In this document: in pieces, positions 11,004-22,777 of the stretch
How positions within the stretch are numbered: the stretch's first letter is position 1
Layout of the letters: each line of letters starts with the position of its first letter
Source: Nemertoderma westbladi
Lineage: Eukaryota > Animalia > Xenacoelomorpha
Direction: 5' to 3'
NCBI GenBank assembly: GCA_032718475.1
Contig: JAUCBJ010001771.1
Coordinates: 62,001 to 126,000 of the forward strand
Length of the DNA stretch: 64,000 bases
The notes under the pieces: model-generated
The model's input: only the letters and a program-made list of their open reading frames with translations
The model's database searches: none
What the model was told of the DNA's origin: nothing
Translations under genes and position numbers: made by a program

Positions 11004-13928
11004 TTAGGTCGCTTTGTTGTCATAGTAAGATCTTTCAGTGTCTTTCCCGCTGTCTTCCTCTTGAGAAGCCTGGCTTTCGCCGTCGTCTGTATAACACACT
11101 GGTATTACCTTTCTCCTAGAAACGGATTTCTCACTTACCTTATTTTCCGGTGTCTTCTCTCTGGACTGCTTTAGGAGCTGTAATTTTACCTCTCCATCTA
11201 AGAATGACATGAGATCAGCCATGGTAGGATCTCTTCGTTGTTGTTCCATCATATATAACACTTTCTTGTCCCAGCGTGTACCTACACCGCCCTTGGGCAA
11301 ATTAGATGCTAAGGCTCCTACAACCATAGAATTCTGGTATTCGTGAGACTTACCTAACCAATCTAGTTGTCTACAGATCTCCTGAATCTCGTCGGAAAAC
11401 TCTATAATCCCGCTGCTAAGAAACTTTCGGGGCGCCATTAATTTCGCATATAAATACCTAGCTATGTTATTCCTATTACCATACCTGATGTTTAGGGTAT
11501 CCCAAACTTGTCTTAATCCATCTGGATGTCCAATAAACTTTAACGCCATTAACTTGGGAGATCCTTCCAAGCACTCGATGAGGAATCTAAGTTTCTCTCC
11601 GTTAGATAACACAGAGTTCTGTATGTTATCTTTGTAATATTCATTAAAAGGTAACCATTTCATCTCATCTCCATTGAACTTGACGATCTCTCCTACCTTT
11701 ACCGCTTGACGGGCTTCAGTTCTAGCCATTTGACGCGTAAAACTTTCTTGGGCCATCGTGTTAATTAATATCGAGCTATCGGTATATAAATTTCTCGGAT
11801 TATGATCAGGTCTATATGGAATATCATTGTCAACAGGTTTATAATTACCCTTAATAGGGTTTACTATAGGAGTTTCTACTTCACTAGCTGTATAGATGCG
11901 TGTAGGCTCCACACCTTGCGCATGAAATACTTCAGACCTAACAGGTTGACACATTGTTACCGGGGTTGGTGGTATACCCCTTTGGATATTTACTAATTTA
12001 TCGCGTTCTAACGCGATACTCTGCTGCACTTCTTGCAACTCTAACCTACTTTCTCTTACCGTGCCCTTGAACTGCTGAACAGTTCCTTCCATCTCCTGGA
12101 CATGCTGAGAGGAGCACTTACGGTGTTCCCTCAATTGCCCGAGCAGGAGACCCATCTCCCGTCGTCCCTCAGCTACCCACTCGACCGCCGAAGCGGGAGT
12201 CGCCAATGTAGTAGCGGGCGAGCGAGAGATGACGGGCGATAAATTCTTGATATCTCGCTCGGCGTCCAGGACGGGTTCGGACTCGGGAACAGTCCTACTG
12301 GGCACAGGTAGTTTAGTACTGTGCAAAGGGAATTTAGAGGTAGGTTCTGGGAGTACAGGTGTCTCTATCACCGAAGGGGTGGCTTCGAGAACAGGCCTAA
12401 TTATTTCAGGCTCATCTACTATAGTAGGGAGTCTTTCTATTTTAATAATTTGGTCTGTGGGTTCTGTACTACCTAAGTATGTGCTAGCTAGTTGCCTTCT
12501 AACAGCTGGGGGCAAATCAGGCAATTTCTGACGGTGGGACATTCTTCTATGCCTGCTTAGACGAGATTTACTTCCTCCGCCTTCAGGATCGGTGGTATCG
12601 CCTTCATCAGATGATGTAGATCCCTGTCTTTTGGGATTAGATCGACTTATCATCTGCATTTGACTAGCTGTTAACTGTTTATCTATGTAGTCTTGCTTCT
12701 CTTGCAGATTTTCCACCCGGTGGTTGGGTTGGGTGGTCTCTTCAGATGCTCTCCGTTCTGCTTCTGCCACTGCTATCTTTCTTTCCGCTTCTGCTGCTTT
12801 TCTTTCCGCTTCTGCCGCTGCCGCTGCCGCTTTTCTTTCAGCCTCTGCCGCTGCTGCTTTCCTTCGGTCTTCTATTATCCTTTGCTTTAGTTGTTCTTCC
12901 TGTTGCTTAACGATGAGGAGGCGTTCATCCCATTTAGCCTTCTCAGCGGCCCACATTTCCGCATCTAACGAGTCCAACACCAATTTGGTTTCTTCACTAT
13001 TAGGGCGAAGTCCAGCTAGCCGTCTCCTTAACTCTTTGTCACCTATAAATCGTTGATAGTCCGACAGATAGATGTCAATAGCATCCTTCTTCGGAGGTTT
13101 CTCTGAGGTGACGTCGCTTTCCGCCTGAGAAAAGGTAGCGTCTGTTGATTCTCCGTGTGTCATGCGCTCGGTTAGCTGAGCTTTCCATTGTGTCGTTTCT
13201 TGGACTTTGAGACCCACCTGCTGGAACCAAGTCTTTACGGCAACTTGCAACGACGTATCTTGGCTTCTTTTCGAAGCTTCCTCAAAGGCCGATAGGATTA
13301 GTCTGATTCTTAGAATTCTTTCTCGAACTTGATAAAGCAGCTCTTCCTGCTTTTGAGGTCTTTGCCATTGTTGAAACAGGTGTTCCTCTAAGCGCTCCAA
13401 AGAGCTGAAGAATCCCTGGACATATTCTGCTGCCGACCTCTCCCACACAGCTGGATCACTAGTGTTTCTTGTCACTCCCATCCTGTGTAAGTCCTCCCAG
13501 GCAGCTTCCGATAAGTTAAACGGGAGTCCGGGTCCAGGGAAGTTCCATTGCTTCTCGACAATAGACTTCAGTTCCTCCACTGTGTATCCCGCATAACTGA
13601 CCTCCCTCATGTATCCCGCACAACCGTCCCCGGTCGATCGCTTACTTCTCGCCCAACCGACCGGATGTTCTTCCACAGCGATCAATACTCTAGCGAGTAC
13701 GTTCCCTGGAAGAATGAGAAGGGGATCCGTATAAACCGCATCTGCCATCTTTGCTCCGCGCTCGGGTGTCAGCTCTACAGTATCGGAACTACTGGAACTA
13801 TCGGGCTGTTGAGAAATAAGTTCTCGTTTCGGGTACTGCTGCTGTTTCGCTGCCTCTTGGTCCCGCTTGACTTGAGCCCTAGTGCCTATGATAGACCTAT
13901 GGTGCTCTACTAGTCTAGGGTCTGACAC
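11004..13928 (-). CDS. BEL/Pao Gag-like protein (974 aa, DUF1759-like C-terminal part)
   Basis: KFNGDEMKWLPF...LSNGEKLRFLIECLEGSP...VWDTLNIRYGN and PTMADLMSFL match BEL/Pao Gag; long N-terminal coiled-coil and Ala/Glu-rich extension; start codon uncertain (GTG call). Confidence 0.82.
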   Translation of the reverse strand: MSDPRLVEHHRSIIGTRAQVKRDQEAAKQQQYPKRELISQQPDSSSSSDTVELTPERGAKMADAVYTDPLLILPGNVLARVLIAVEEHPVGWARSKRSTGDGCAGYMREVSYAGYTVEELKSIVEKQWNFPGPGLPFNLSEAAWEDLHRMGVTRNTSDPAVWERSAAEYVQGFFSSLERLEEHLFQQWQRPQKQEELLYQVRERILRIRLILSAFEEASKRSQDTSLQVAVKTWFQQVGLKVQETTQWKAQLTERMTHGESTDATFSQAESDVTSEKPPKKDAIDIYLSDYQRFIGDKELRRRLAGLRPNSEETKLVLDSLDAEMWAAEKAKWDERLLIVKQQEEQLKQRIIEDRRKAAAAEAERKAAAAAAEAERKAAEAERKIAVAEAERRASEETTQPNHRVENLQEKQDYIDKQLTASQMQMISRSNPKRQGSTSSDEGDTTDPEGGGSKSRLSRHRRMSHRQKLPDLPPAVRRQLASTYLGSTEPTDQIIKIERLPTIVDEPEIIRPVLEATPSVIETPVLPEPTSKFPLHSTKLPVPSRTVPESEPVLDAERDIKNLSPVISRSPATTLATPASAVEWVAEGRREMGLLLGQLREHRKCSSQHVQEMEGTVQQFKGTVRESRLELQEVQQSIALERDKLVNIQRGIPPTPVTMCQPVRSEVFHAQGVEPTRIYTASEVETPIVNPIKGNYKPVDNDIPYRPDHNPRNLYTDSSILINTMAQESFTRQMARTEARQAVKVGEIVKFNGDEMKWLPFNEYYKDNIQNSVLSNGEKLRFLIECLEGSPKLMALKFIGHPDGLRQVWDTLNIRYGNRNNIARYLYAKLMAPRKFLSSGIIEFSDEIQEICRQLDWLGKSHEYQNSMVVGALASNLPKGGVGTRWDKKVLYMMEQQRRDPTMADLMSFLDGEVKLQLLKQSREKTPENKVSEKSVSRRKVIPVCYTDDGESQASQEEDSGKDTERSYYDNKAT

Positions 13929-14249
13929 TACTACTGTAGGGATGGCCTTTCTTACAGTAGGAGGGGACTTAGACTTTGGTCTGGGATGTTCTATACTTTG
14001 ATCTTGGCACAGATCTTTTTAAGACACTGTCTAACAGTCATTCTAACACTTTCTATGAGACTATCTGACAGTGTTTGTTGTGAGTCAGACATGTTTGATT
14101 GTACAGTTGAATGCCTATTACTATAACGACAGTTAAAGTAAGTCTAGTAATTCAGTATATACTGTTAGCCTAGTAATCAATTACCGATATCGTTACTCAG
14201 TGTAACGTGATATATTTACAATATATTAGAATACCAGTATGCTTATAGT

Positions 14250-14600
14250 ATATATATAAGTATTATTACAGACTAGATTTGTCACAGAATACCGGTATAT
14301 AATTTCAGCGCAAATATATAAATATATAATAAGCCTATCGTGAATACCGGTATACAACTTACACTTAGAGTTTATATAAGTATAATTATAGATTAGAATT
14401 AATTACAGAATACCGGTATATAATTTCAGCACAAATATATAGAAATATATAATAACCCTATCGGGAATACCGGTATACAGCTTACACTTATAGTATATAT
14501 AAGTATAATTATAGACTAGAATTAATTACAGAATACCGGTATATAATTGCAGCACAAATATATAGAAATATATAATAAGCCTATTGTAAATACTGGTACC
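14250..14600. repeat. About 122-bp tandem repeat, 3 copies, in the BEL 5' leader
   Basis: CAGAATACCGGTATATAATT recurs at ~14285, ~14406 and ~14529 with similar intervening sequence. Confidence 0.85.
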
Positions 14601-15878
14601 GGTATGTCAATTATTTTAGATAGATTGAATTTCTGAATTTTTAGGGGTTACTTGGTTACTTTACTTTACTTTATTACCGTTATTTAAGCAGTAGTCCAAC
14701 TGATATTAAGACCTAATTAATGTATGACAGGCCTACTATTTTATAAATCGGTTTGAGTTGATTTATAATATATATATACCCGTATAATGGGTTTTGTTAC
14801 AATATTTGAAATAAATGTTATTATTTCTGGGAAGGAGTCACTACACAGAAGCTGTACGCTCTCAGTGAAGTGCTACTTGTTGGACACTAAAACAAATAAT
14901 TCTAATTTGCCTAAGTTACTTATTACTACAAATTATGTAAAATTGCGGGGTGAGATTACAATCTCTAAATAAACACAAAAATTACACATACGAATTTTAG
15001 GGGTAATTTTACAAGAAATCTACAAACCAGCCTAACAAAGGGTTAGAATTTCTGGTTATTACAAACGGACAGGATACTACGGTATTTGAAAATAATAAAG
15101 TAGTAGAAAAAATACCACAGGAAAAATAATAAGGAAAAATACCACCGTCTGACGACTAATAGCCATATCGCTATAAGTACTACGTTATGTATCACGGAGT
15201 GTTCCTACCTAGAAGTTAATTACAGCGGCCTACCGGAGCCAACGTGCCTATTAACCACTTTACAACACAAATATACTGCCTACACACTAATTACCTTCGG
15301 AAAGCACTATACACTAAACCCTAAATTAGGTACAAATAACTAGCAGTTAAAAATACTTGTACAGCCAAAAGAACCGCGGTATCTGCCAGAGTGACCAAAG
15401 CATAAAATCTCCAGTCTTTACCTACGCCGAACAGCCCTGATGTAGTACCGGGGTTAATTTAACTATAACGGTATGTATAACAAGCACAATTACTGTAGGA
15501 ATAAATTTGGGGTTTGTGAATGTTGCGAATAATCGCATAAACTCTGAATAATAAATATTACGCTACCCGTACAGACTACACAAACAAAATACAAACCAAA
15601 TGCTGGCAGACTACTATCAAGCCTAAATAAACTACAGTATATGCAGACTCCGAAATGGTTAGTTAGTATGCGTTCTAACCGAGTAGTACGAATTATTCTT
15701 TCGGGGGGGGGGGGGGGGGGGATTTACCTTACAGCACTGGAAGCCCCTACGTTCCTAACTAGTACTTTATCGGACATACACTCTACACACACTGCAATCT
15801 CTTCAGACTTAACAACAGCCAGACAACAATCCAGCCTACAAATTATCTGTACAATCTGAGCAGGCTTACACGCCTTCT

Positions 15879-17660
15879 CCCAGTAAAAAATCCGCATTCG
15901 TAACGCATGGGATGGCGCATATTTCACGCATTCGTAACGCATTCTGAAATGTTACATAGATGAACCATGCGATACGAATGCGAAAACCGAACCAAATATG
16001 CATCCTTTATTCGCATATCGAATGTAATACGAACCTTATTCGAATCCCGCACATTCTACGAATGCGTCCCTAATCTTATACGAATGTTTCCCGCACACTA
16101 TACGAATGCGTCCCGCATGTTATATACGAATGTTTCCCATGCTATACGAATGCGTTACGAATGTTTTACGAGTGTTATATGAATGTTTACCGCAGGATTT
16201 TTATTTTTTTATCATTTCGCTACAGTTTACATAGTTTTAACAGTTTACAACTGATAAAACATGTCCATTTTATTTTATTTTTTTAAATATACTTGATATT
16301 CCGAATCGAATATGAAAGCCATTTTCAATTTCCCCAAAAAAATGTTCAGATATAATTCAAGAGCACGCAATTTCAGACGTAAATCGTTATAGTTATTATA
16401 ATACTTATATTATTATTATTGATGGTTTATTATTTTTTATGATATTTTATTACTATATTATTTTATTATTATATTATATTATTTTATTATTATATATATT
16501 TTTATTATTATTATATATATATTTTATTACTTATTATCGAAAAAAAGCGAATTAATATTCTAGAATATAGTAAAAAAAACATTCAAATTATGTTGATGCA
16601 TCTCATAAAATGTATGCCTTTGATGTATTTTGTCTGTAAGATTTTTTTACCATTAATAAGTGTAGGACCTACTGTAGCAGTAACCGGTAATTAACTGCTA
16701 CAGTATATCAGTAGACTTTTTAATGGCTTTTTATAGCGAATTAAACAAATTCGACCTGGAGGCCTAAGAAACTGTGTGAGAATATCACCATACACACGTA
16801 CAATTTAATAAAAATGCCACATGCTTTATAATATGTATTGGTACTGTACTGTAGGCCAGGTGAGATAAATAATGACAACATAAAACTACTGTAATAACTT
16901 TGGGAAATGAGTACTACTGTACAGGGGCTAAAACTACGGGTGGGGGGGGGGGTGCCTAGTGCCTACATACTATAAGTATGCCTACATACTGTAGTTCGTT
17001 AAGTTAATACTGTAGTTTTATGTTGTCATTATTTATCTCACCTACCCTACAGTACATAACCTTTACATTATTACAGTATATCAACATCAAGCATGTTGGT
17101 AAAGGGAACAGGTTTACATACCAAAATAATGGGGAACCAAAATACTAAATGGGAGTTAAGAATTACTGGGCAACCCATTAAATAAATATATAGTAAAAGT
17201 ACATAGGACTGGCTGACTGGTAACAAAGGGGGAGAGCTACTAACTAATAACACTATGTTCGATTATTTGCCGAATGGTGATTGGTCAGTATTACAGTCTG
17301 TACGGTACTCTAATTGAGAGTGCTTTGCATGCGTATCGCATGCGTCACGAATGGACCACGAATAATTTTAAGCGCGGCGTGGCTAAGCATTCGTATCGCA
17401 TGTGGTACGAACGAATGAACCACGAATTATTTTTTGTGTGGAGTGGAAGCATTCGTATCGCATGTGCCACGAATGATGAGCCACGAATATATTTACAAGT
17501 GAAATCTCACATGCGATACGAATACTATACGCATTCGTTAAATTATTCGGACTGACGAACCATTGACGAAGGCTTCACGAATCTTAAATAACATTGCACG
17601 CACCTTTTACGAATGCTGCATGTGGTACGAATGCGTTACGCATGGGGATTTTTTACTGGG
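15879..17660. mobile_element. Non-autonomous EnSpm/CACTA-like DNA transposon
   Basis: TIR CCCAGTAAAAAATCC / GGATTTTTTACTGGG, 2-bp TSD CT, many subterminal TACGAATGC/GCATTCGTA repeats at both ends, no transposase. Confidence 0.8.
16846..17055. mobile_element. Small fold-back element nested in the EnSpm-like element
   Basis: GGTGAGATAAATAATGACAACATAAAACTAC (~16859-16889) is inverted at ~17012-17042. Confidence 0.65.
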
Positions 17661-18769
17661 CTGTTCAATATTAACTTTCAAATAAATAAAACTGACAGAA
17701 ATAGGCCTAAGTAAAATCCCAATAAAAAACCAGGCGTCCCCGATTAAATATTAAGACCTACCGGTATATAATTATCAAAATCGAATAATACTGCTGTACC
17801 TGTACTGCTGTAAGTACTGGTTCGGGTGGTTAGGCAGTCAGGCCTACTGGTTACCGGTCAACCGGTACTTTTGCCCTTTATTGCCTACGTGCAATAAAGA
17901 AGCTATAACTGTTATTATTATTATTATTATTATTAAAAGTTACAGGAACAAGAAAGTTGAGAACTTATAGGGTCCCATAAATCACGATATGTACGCGGAA
18001 ATTAAACTTTAAAAATATAAAAATTACTCAAAACATTTAAACAACACAATAAGGTAGAATGCAACATACATTTAGCATTTACGGCATGTCTCCATAATAC
18101 AATAAAATGGCGCAAAGTAAATAAAAGTTTATATATCACGTGGACTACCGGTATCTAGATAAAATAGATAAAAATTAATGACATAGAAGTATTCTATACG
18201 GTGTTAACAGAATAAGATTATTGGCTATATAATGTACAACGCAGTGGTAGATAAATAATTAAAGTGCGATTGCACAACATGTGAGTAAAATAGAACAACA
18301 GAGAACTGTGATTCCGGAATGTGTGACAGCATAACAATACGATCGATATACATACATTGTATAACTACTGGAAAATAAAATAAATTAGGTAGGCCTACAA
18401 AAGTAAAGTAAAACAGTACAAATTCATTAAAAAAAAGGTAAGAAAAACAACTGAGAATGGATAATTAAATAAAACAGATACAGTACAATAGTAAAACGAT
18501 ACAAATACATGAAGATAAAAGATTAATGCATAACAGATTGCATAGCATGTGAGTAAAAATAGGGCAACTGGGGAAATACGATATACAATTTTTAACCAAT
18601 TGGAAAATTAAATAAAATAAGTAGTAAAGTAAAACGGTAGAAATTCAATAAAAATAAAAAGCGGTAAAAAAAACTGAAGTTAAAATAAGATTAATAAAAT
18701 ATACGGCAAAATAAGATTTACAGTAATTATGAGTTAGATAGATTATGTGAACAAGTGGATTAGATTAGA

Positions 18770-21607
18770 TTAATTCCACCAGGATGGGTAGAACTTAGTA
18801 GCAGAGTTGTAATGGTCATTTAAGTTCGATTTGAATATATTCACACTTGGGGAAGTAACAACCACATCAGGAAGAGCATTCCAGGGAGATATGACTCGGA
18901 AGTGGAACGAATCGGCCCGGATTTTCAGACGGACGGTCGGTTTGGTGAGTTTTAAAGAGTTACCGCGACAGACAGTTGACGATAAGGAGAAGAAACTCTG
19001 CCAATCGACAGCATCAACACCCGTTAGCATGCGATATAATTGAATAAGGTCCGCGCGAGAACGTCGGTATTCCAGAGTAGGTAGTCCCAAGCGACGCAGT
19101 CGCTCCGGATATGGAAGGTCACGAAGGCCCGCTACCAAACGGGTAGCCCGACGTTGGACAGACTCAAGTAGGCGGCTTTCTCCTACATGGCTGGGTGACC
19201 AAACTGGAGATGCGTATTCCACACAAGGACGGACAAGTGACTTATAGAGACTAATGAACATGTCTTCATTGAGGTGATTAAAGCTTCTATATACTAGCCC
19301 CAGAACCTTATTTGCCTTCTTCACGATAGTGGCTATGTGCAATGAGAACTGGAGAGAATCATCTAAGTTCACACCCAAGTCTTTCTCTGTTTCGGTTGTC
19401 TCCAGTGTGTGTGACCCGAGGGTGTACGTGTACCTGGGGTTAGAGCGACCAATATGCATTACCTTGCATTTCTTATGATTAAATAATAATTGCCAGGTCT
19501 TGCTCCACCAATCCAAAATATCTAGATCACTTTGCAGGGGTCCCACGGAGAGTTTAATAGAGGGATCCACTACAGCAGAGTCTTTTAAGTCATCAGCAAA
19601 CAAGTATGCCAAATGCCCTAGGAGTGCAGGAATGTCATCTACAAATCCCAAGAAAAATAGTACCCCATCGACACTTCCTTGGGGAACCCCACTATCAACT
19701 GATAGCCATGTTGAATGTTCACCACCAATTACTACTCGTTGGTATCTACCAGATAAAAACGAACTAATCCACTTCAAAAGGTTGCCAGCTATCCCCAATG
19801 ACTTCAATTTGAGGAGTAGACGTTGATGTGGGACAGAATCAAACGCTTTACGAAAGTCTAAAAAGGCAACGTCAATACATTGTCGGTCATCAAGGACCTT
19901 ATACCAGTTAAATATGGCATCCAGTAGTTGCAGTGTACATGAGCGTCCTTTAAGAAACCCATACTGTTGGTCAGAAAGACGTCTGTTTTCCTTTAAAAAT
20001 TCGTATGTGACAGATGCTATGTTGCGCTCCATAAGCTTACACACAACTGAGGTTAAGCTAATCTGCCGGTAGTTTTCTTTATCATATTTCTTTCCATTCT
20101 TGAACTGCGGAGATATATTTGCCAATTTCCATTCTGCTGGAACTATACCTTCATCCATAGACTTTTGGAATAGAATAGCAAGTGGATGGGCGACGGAATC
20201 AGCAAGTTCCTTTATGACCTGTGGATATATGGAATCAGGGCCAGGGGCACTGGGACTTTTCATTTCCTGTATGGCTTTTGTGACTGATTCTGTGGTGAAT
20301 GAAATTGAGGAGAGTTCGATAGTGTTTGGTTGAGTAGGAGGAAGGCTAGAAATGTTACTCAGGTCTTCAACTGTAAAAGCACTATGAAAATACTCATTTA
20401 ACAGAGTTGCTTTCTCAATATTTGTAGTGGCGAATGTACCATCTGGACGTTTGAGGTTGTGTATGGTTGAACGAACTTTAGTTTTTGACCGAACAAACTT
20501 CCAGAATTCAGTTGGATTTGTTGAGGCATTCAAGGCGATTTTACGTTCAAATTGACACTTTGCCTTCCGTATATTTTGGGTACAAATATTTCTAGCAAGT
20601 TTATATCTTTCCATTGTATTAGGCGACGGATCTCTGCGGTACGCAATCCAACAGTGTTCCTTGTTCCGAATAGAATTACGAACGTCAATGTTCATCCACT
20701 TGGGTGGCAGAGAGGAAGAAATGGGTTTGGTGGGAATATGGTGTTTGCATGAGTGCAATAGGCAGGAATGGAATAGTGACCATGATGACTGTGCAGAGAG
20801 AGGAGTGAAGAGGCCAGACCAGTTATTGATATTAAATTCTGCAGCAATTGCTGAATAATTTGCTTTTGAAAAGATGGGACGATTAAGTGTTGTAACTGAC
20901 TTTGGTGTTTGGAGAGCAACATGAAAGTCAAACACTACATGGTCGCTGGCACCTAGAGCAGGTCTATAAGTAGGATAATCAACAATATGTTCCTCATTTG
21001 TTAGAATCAGGTCTAATATATTCGGTTTTTGGTCGGCACGAAAGCGGGTTGGCTTATCTATGAGTTGGTAGAGAAAGTTATCATTTATTGATAGGATAAT
21101 TTCAGTTTCATATTTGTCACTGGATGAAAGGGTTTGCCAACTCGTGTCTGGCATATTAAAATCTCCTACAATAAGTAACTTTTCTTTCCTGTTTGCTGAA
21201 CAGACAGCATCGAGTAAGTTGCACACACCTTTCGTGCTTAGTTCAGGGTTGGTAGGACTCCGATATAAACATCCCAAATTAACAAAGTTATTCTTCTTAG
21301 AGCCAAATACTGTAATCCATACTGACTCTGGAAGACATGATACATGAGTATTGGGAATGGTGGGAATGTTGTAATCGGCTGTGGTTAACCCATCTTTACA
21401 GTAGATTATAATGCCCCTACTACAACCTGGCTTATCAAGGTTCGAGTACATATTATAACCAGACAATGTGTAGTTACTCTCTGTTATATCCAATTTATGA
21501 AACTTTGGTAATACCTCGGTCACAGCGACAACATGGGGATTGTGGATAGATACATAGGTAAGCAGCTCTGTTAGTTTATTCAGGAGGTTGTCAGCATTTG
21601 TGTACAT
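18770..21607 (-). CDS. LINE ORF2: APE endonuclease and reverse transcriptase (945 aa)
   Basis: YTNADNL, VTE, YRSP, GDFN, LDLILT and SDH endonuclease motifs; RT motifs QYGFLKGRS, LDFRKAFDSVPH, GVPQGS, FADD, EKDLGV; CR1-like end LESVQRRATRLV...W. No stops. Confidence 0.95.
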   Translation of the reverse strand: MYTNADNLLNKLTELLTYVSIHNPHVVAVTEVLPKFHKLDITESNYTLSGYNMYSNLDKPGCSRGIIIYCKDGLTTADYNIPTIPNTHVSCLPESVWITVFGSKKNNFVNLGCLYRSPTNPELSTKGVCNLLDAVCSANRKEKLLIVGDFNMPDTSWQTLSSSDKYETEIILSINDNFLYQLIDKPTRFRADQKPNILDLILTNEEHIVDYPTYRPALGASDHVVFDFHVALQTPKSVTTLNRPIFSKANYSAIAAEFNINNWSGLFTPLSAQSSWSLFHSCLLHSCKHHIPTKPISSSLPPKWMNIDVRNSIRNKEHCWIAYRRDPSPNTMERYKLARNICTQNIRKAKCQFERKIALNASTNPTEFWKFVRSKTKVRSTIHNLKRPDGTFATTNIEKATLLNEYFHSAFTVEDLSNISSLPPTQPNTIELSSISFTTESVTKAIQEMKSPSAPGPDSIYPQVIKELADSVAHPLAILFQKSMDEGIVPAEWKLANISPQFKNGKKYDKENYRQISLTSVVCKLMERNIASVTYEFLKENRRLSDQQYGFLKGRSCTLQLLDAIFNWYKVLDDRQCIDVAFLDFRKAFDSVPHQRLLLKLKSLGIAGNLLKWISSFLSGRYQRVVIGGEHSTWLSVDSGVPQGSVDGVLFFLGFVDDIPALLGHLAYLFADDLKDSAVVDPSIKLSVGPLQSDLDILDWWSKTWQLLFNHKKCKVMHIGRSNPRYTYTLGSHTLETTETEKDLGVNLDDSLQFSLHIATIVKKANKVLGLVYRSFNHLNEDMFISLYKSLVRPCVEYASPVWSPSHVGESRLLESVQRRATRLVAGLRDLPYPERLRRLGLPTLEYRRSRADLIQLYRMLTGVDAVDWQSFFSLSSTVCRGNSLKLTKPTVRLKIRADSFHFRVISPWNALPDVVVTSPSVNIFKSNLNDHYNSATKFYPSWWN

Positions 21608-21727
21608 AACTTTTAGATCACAATTGGTTTTATCCCTGTTGCTTTGAGAGGAAGCTGTGGTTATTGTTTGTGGGGATGGTGTACCTAGTGTAGTGGTTGT
21701 TAGTCTGGGAGGAAGGGAATGAGCTAG

Positions 21728-22777
21728 TCAATCGACTTGGTTAGCTAAAGGTGTGGTGTTGCTATTCGGTGAGGAGTGCATTTGATTCCGTCGTTTCTGC
21801 CGCTGCTTGTAGGCCTGTTCTTGTTCAAAACGGGATAGGTCACGGTCAAAGTAGTATTTTGTGTTATTGTGCAAAAAGTAACGTCTAGCAATTAGCTTAT
21901 TAGCCTCATCACTTGTTGAGAAGATCAGCCGAAGTGGGCGTGGTTTACCATCATCCCTGGGACGACCTAGACGGGAGATACCATGGTAGTTCAACTTTTC
22001 GTTTAAGGAGTCCTGTAGGTATTTGTTATCTACTTGACGCTGGGTTTGTGTATTGGGTTGTCCATCTCCAGGAAGTCCTCTTATAAGAACATGGTGCTTT
22101 CGTTGCTCAGTGTCTAATATCACCTTCTGTATGTCGGTTGTATTAACCGGAGGATGAGTGGTTTGCCTGGTTTCAACTTTCCTTTGCAGCTCTTTGATGA
22201 CAGAACGGTTCTTACGGACAACATTGACCCATGAGGAATCAGTAGGGCTATCACAATCGATATCAACATCACCATTGCCAAGGATAGCATTGGTATCAGA
22301 CTCGCTAGTTTGCAAGTCAGCAACGACTTTCTCTATTTCTTCAACCCTGGTCTCTAGCTCAGAACGGGTTGCATCGAGATTCGATACAATATCAGACTTT
22401 TCATCGCGGATTGTTTGCACCAGACGTTGGGTTTCAGAATCAAGTTCGTCCATAAATTTACGCTTTAGGTCCGATATAATTGCTGCAGAGCAGAAGCCAC
22501 ATGTAAATGATCGAGAAGAGTAGTCATCACCAACTCGAATTTCCATTTCAGTCCATGTGTTAAGGCAACATGAGCATTCTACCTTTGTCGTAAACCAATC
22601 AGAAGGCTTGTGTTTTGAACTACAATTTTTTGGAGCAGCGAGACTGGATCGCCTTTTATCCTGGCTGCTACGGCTAGATGCCGTGTTAGACGTGGTGTTG
22701 CTGTTGGTAGGCATTCTGCTGACAGTAGGCATCAAATACAATATAAAATACCATATACCATATAAATCAGATATCAA
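21728..22777 (-). CDS. LINE ORF1 (PHD-like Cys motif, coiled coil, RRM-like domain)
   Basis: VECSCC...FTCGFC, heptad-rich segment, HHVLIRGLP and RLGRPRDDGKPRPLRLIF, YFDRDLS, all typical of CR1/L2 ORF1; lies immediately upstream of ORF2. Confidence 0.88.
   Translation of the reverse strand: MISDLYGIWYFILYLMPTVSRMPTNSNTTSNTASSRSSQDKRRSSLAAPKNCSSKHKPSDWFTTKVECSCCLNTWTEMEIRVGDDYSSRSFTCGFCSAAIISDLKRKFMDELDSETQRLVQTIRDEKSDIVSNLDATRSELETRVEEIEKVVADLQTSESDTNAILGNGDVDIDCDSPTDSSWVNVVRKNRSVIKELQRKVETRQTTHPPVNTTDIQKVILDTEQRKHHVLIRGLPGDGQPNTQTQRQVDNKYLQDSLNEKLNYHGISRLGRPRDDGKPRPLRLIFSTSDEANKLIARRYFLHNNTKYYFDRDLSRFEQEQAYKQRQKRRNQMHSSPNSNTTPLANQVD

Larger units (their letters stand above)
3871..14600 (-). 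mobile_element. Large BEL/Pao LTR retrotransposon, internally deleted and lacking a recognisable 5' LTR
   Basis: Order on the minus strand: long 5' leader, gag, CCHC knuckles, protease, RNase H C-terminal motif, non-coding stretch, accessory ORF, PPT, LTR. Right boundary approximate. Confidence 0.8.

Noticed and set aside
14600-15878. 5' LTR and PBS of the BEL element
   Set aside because: No similarity to 3871-4488, no tRNA-complementary PBS and no matching TSD were found.
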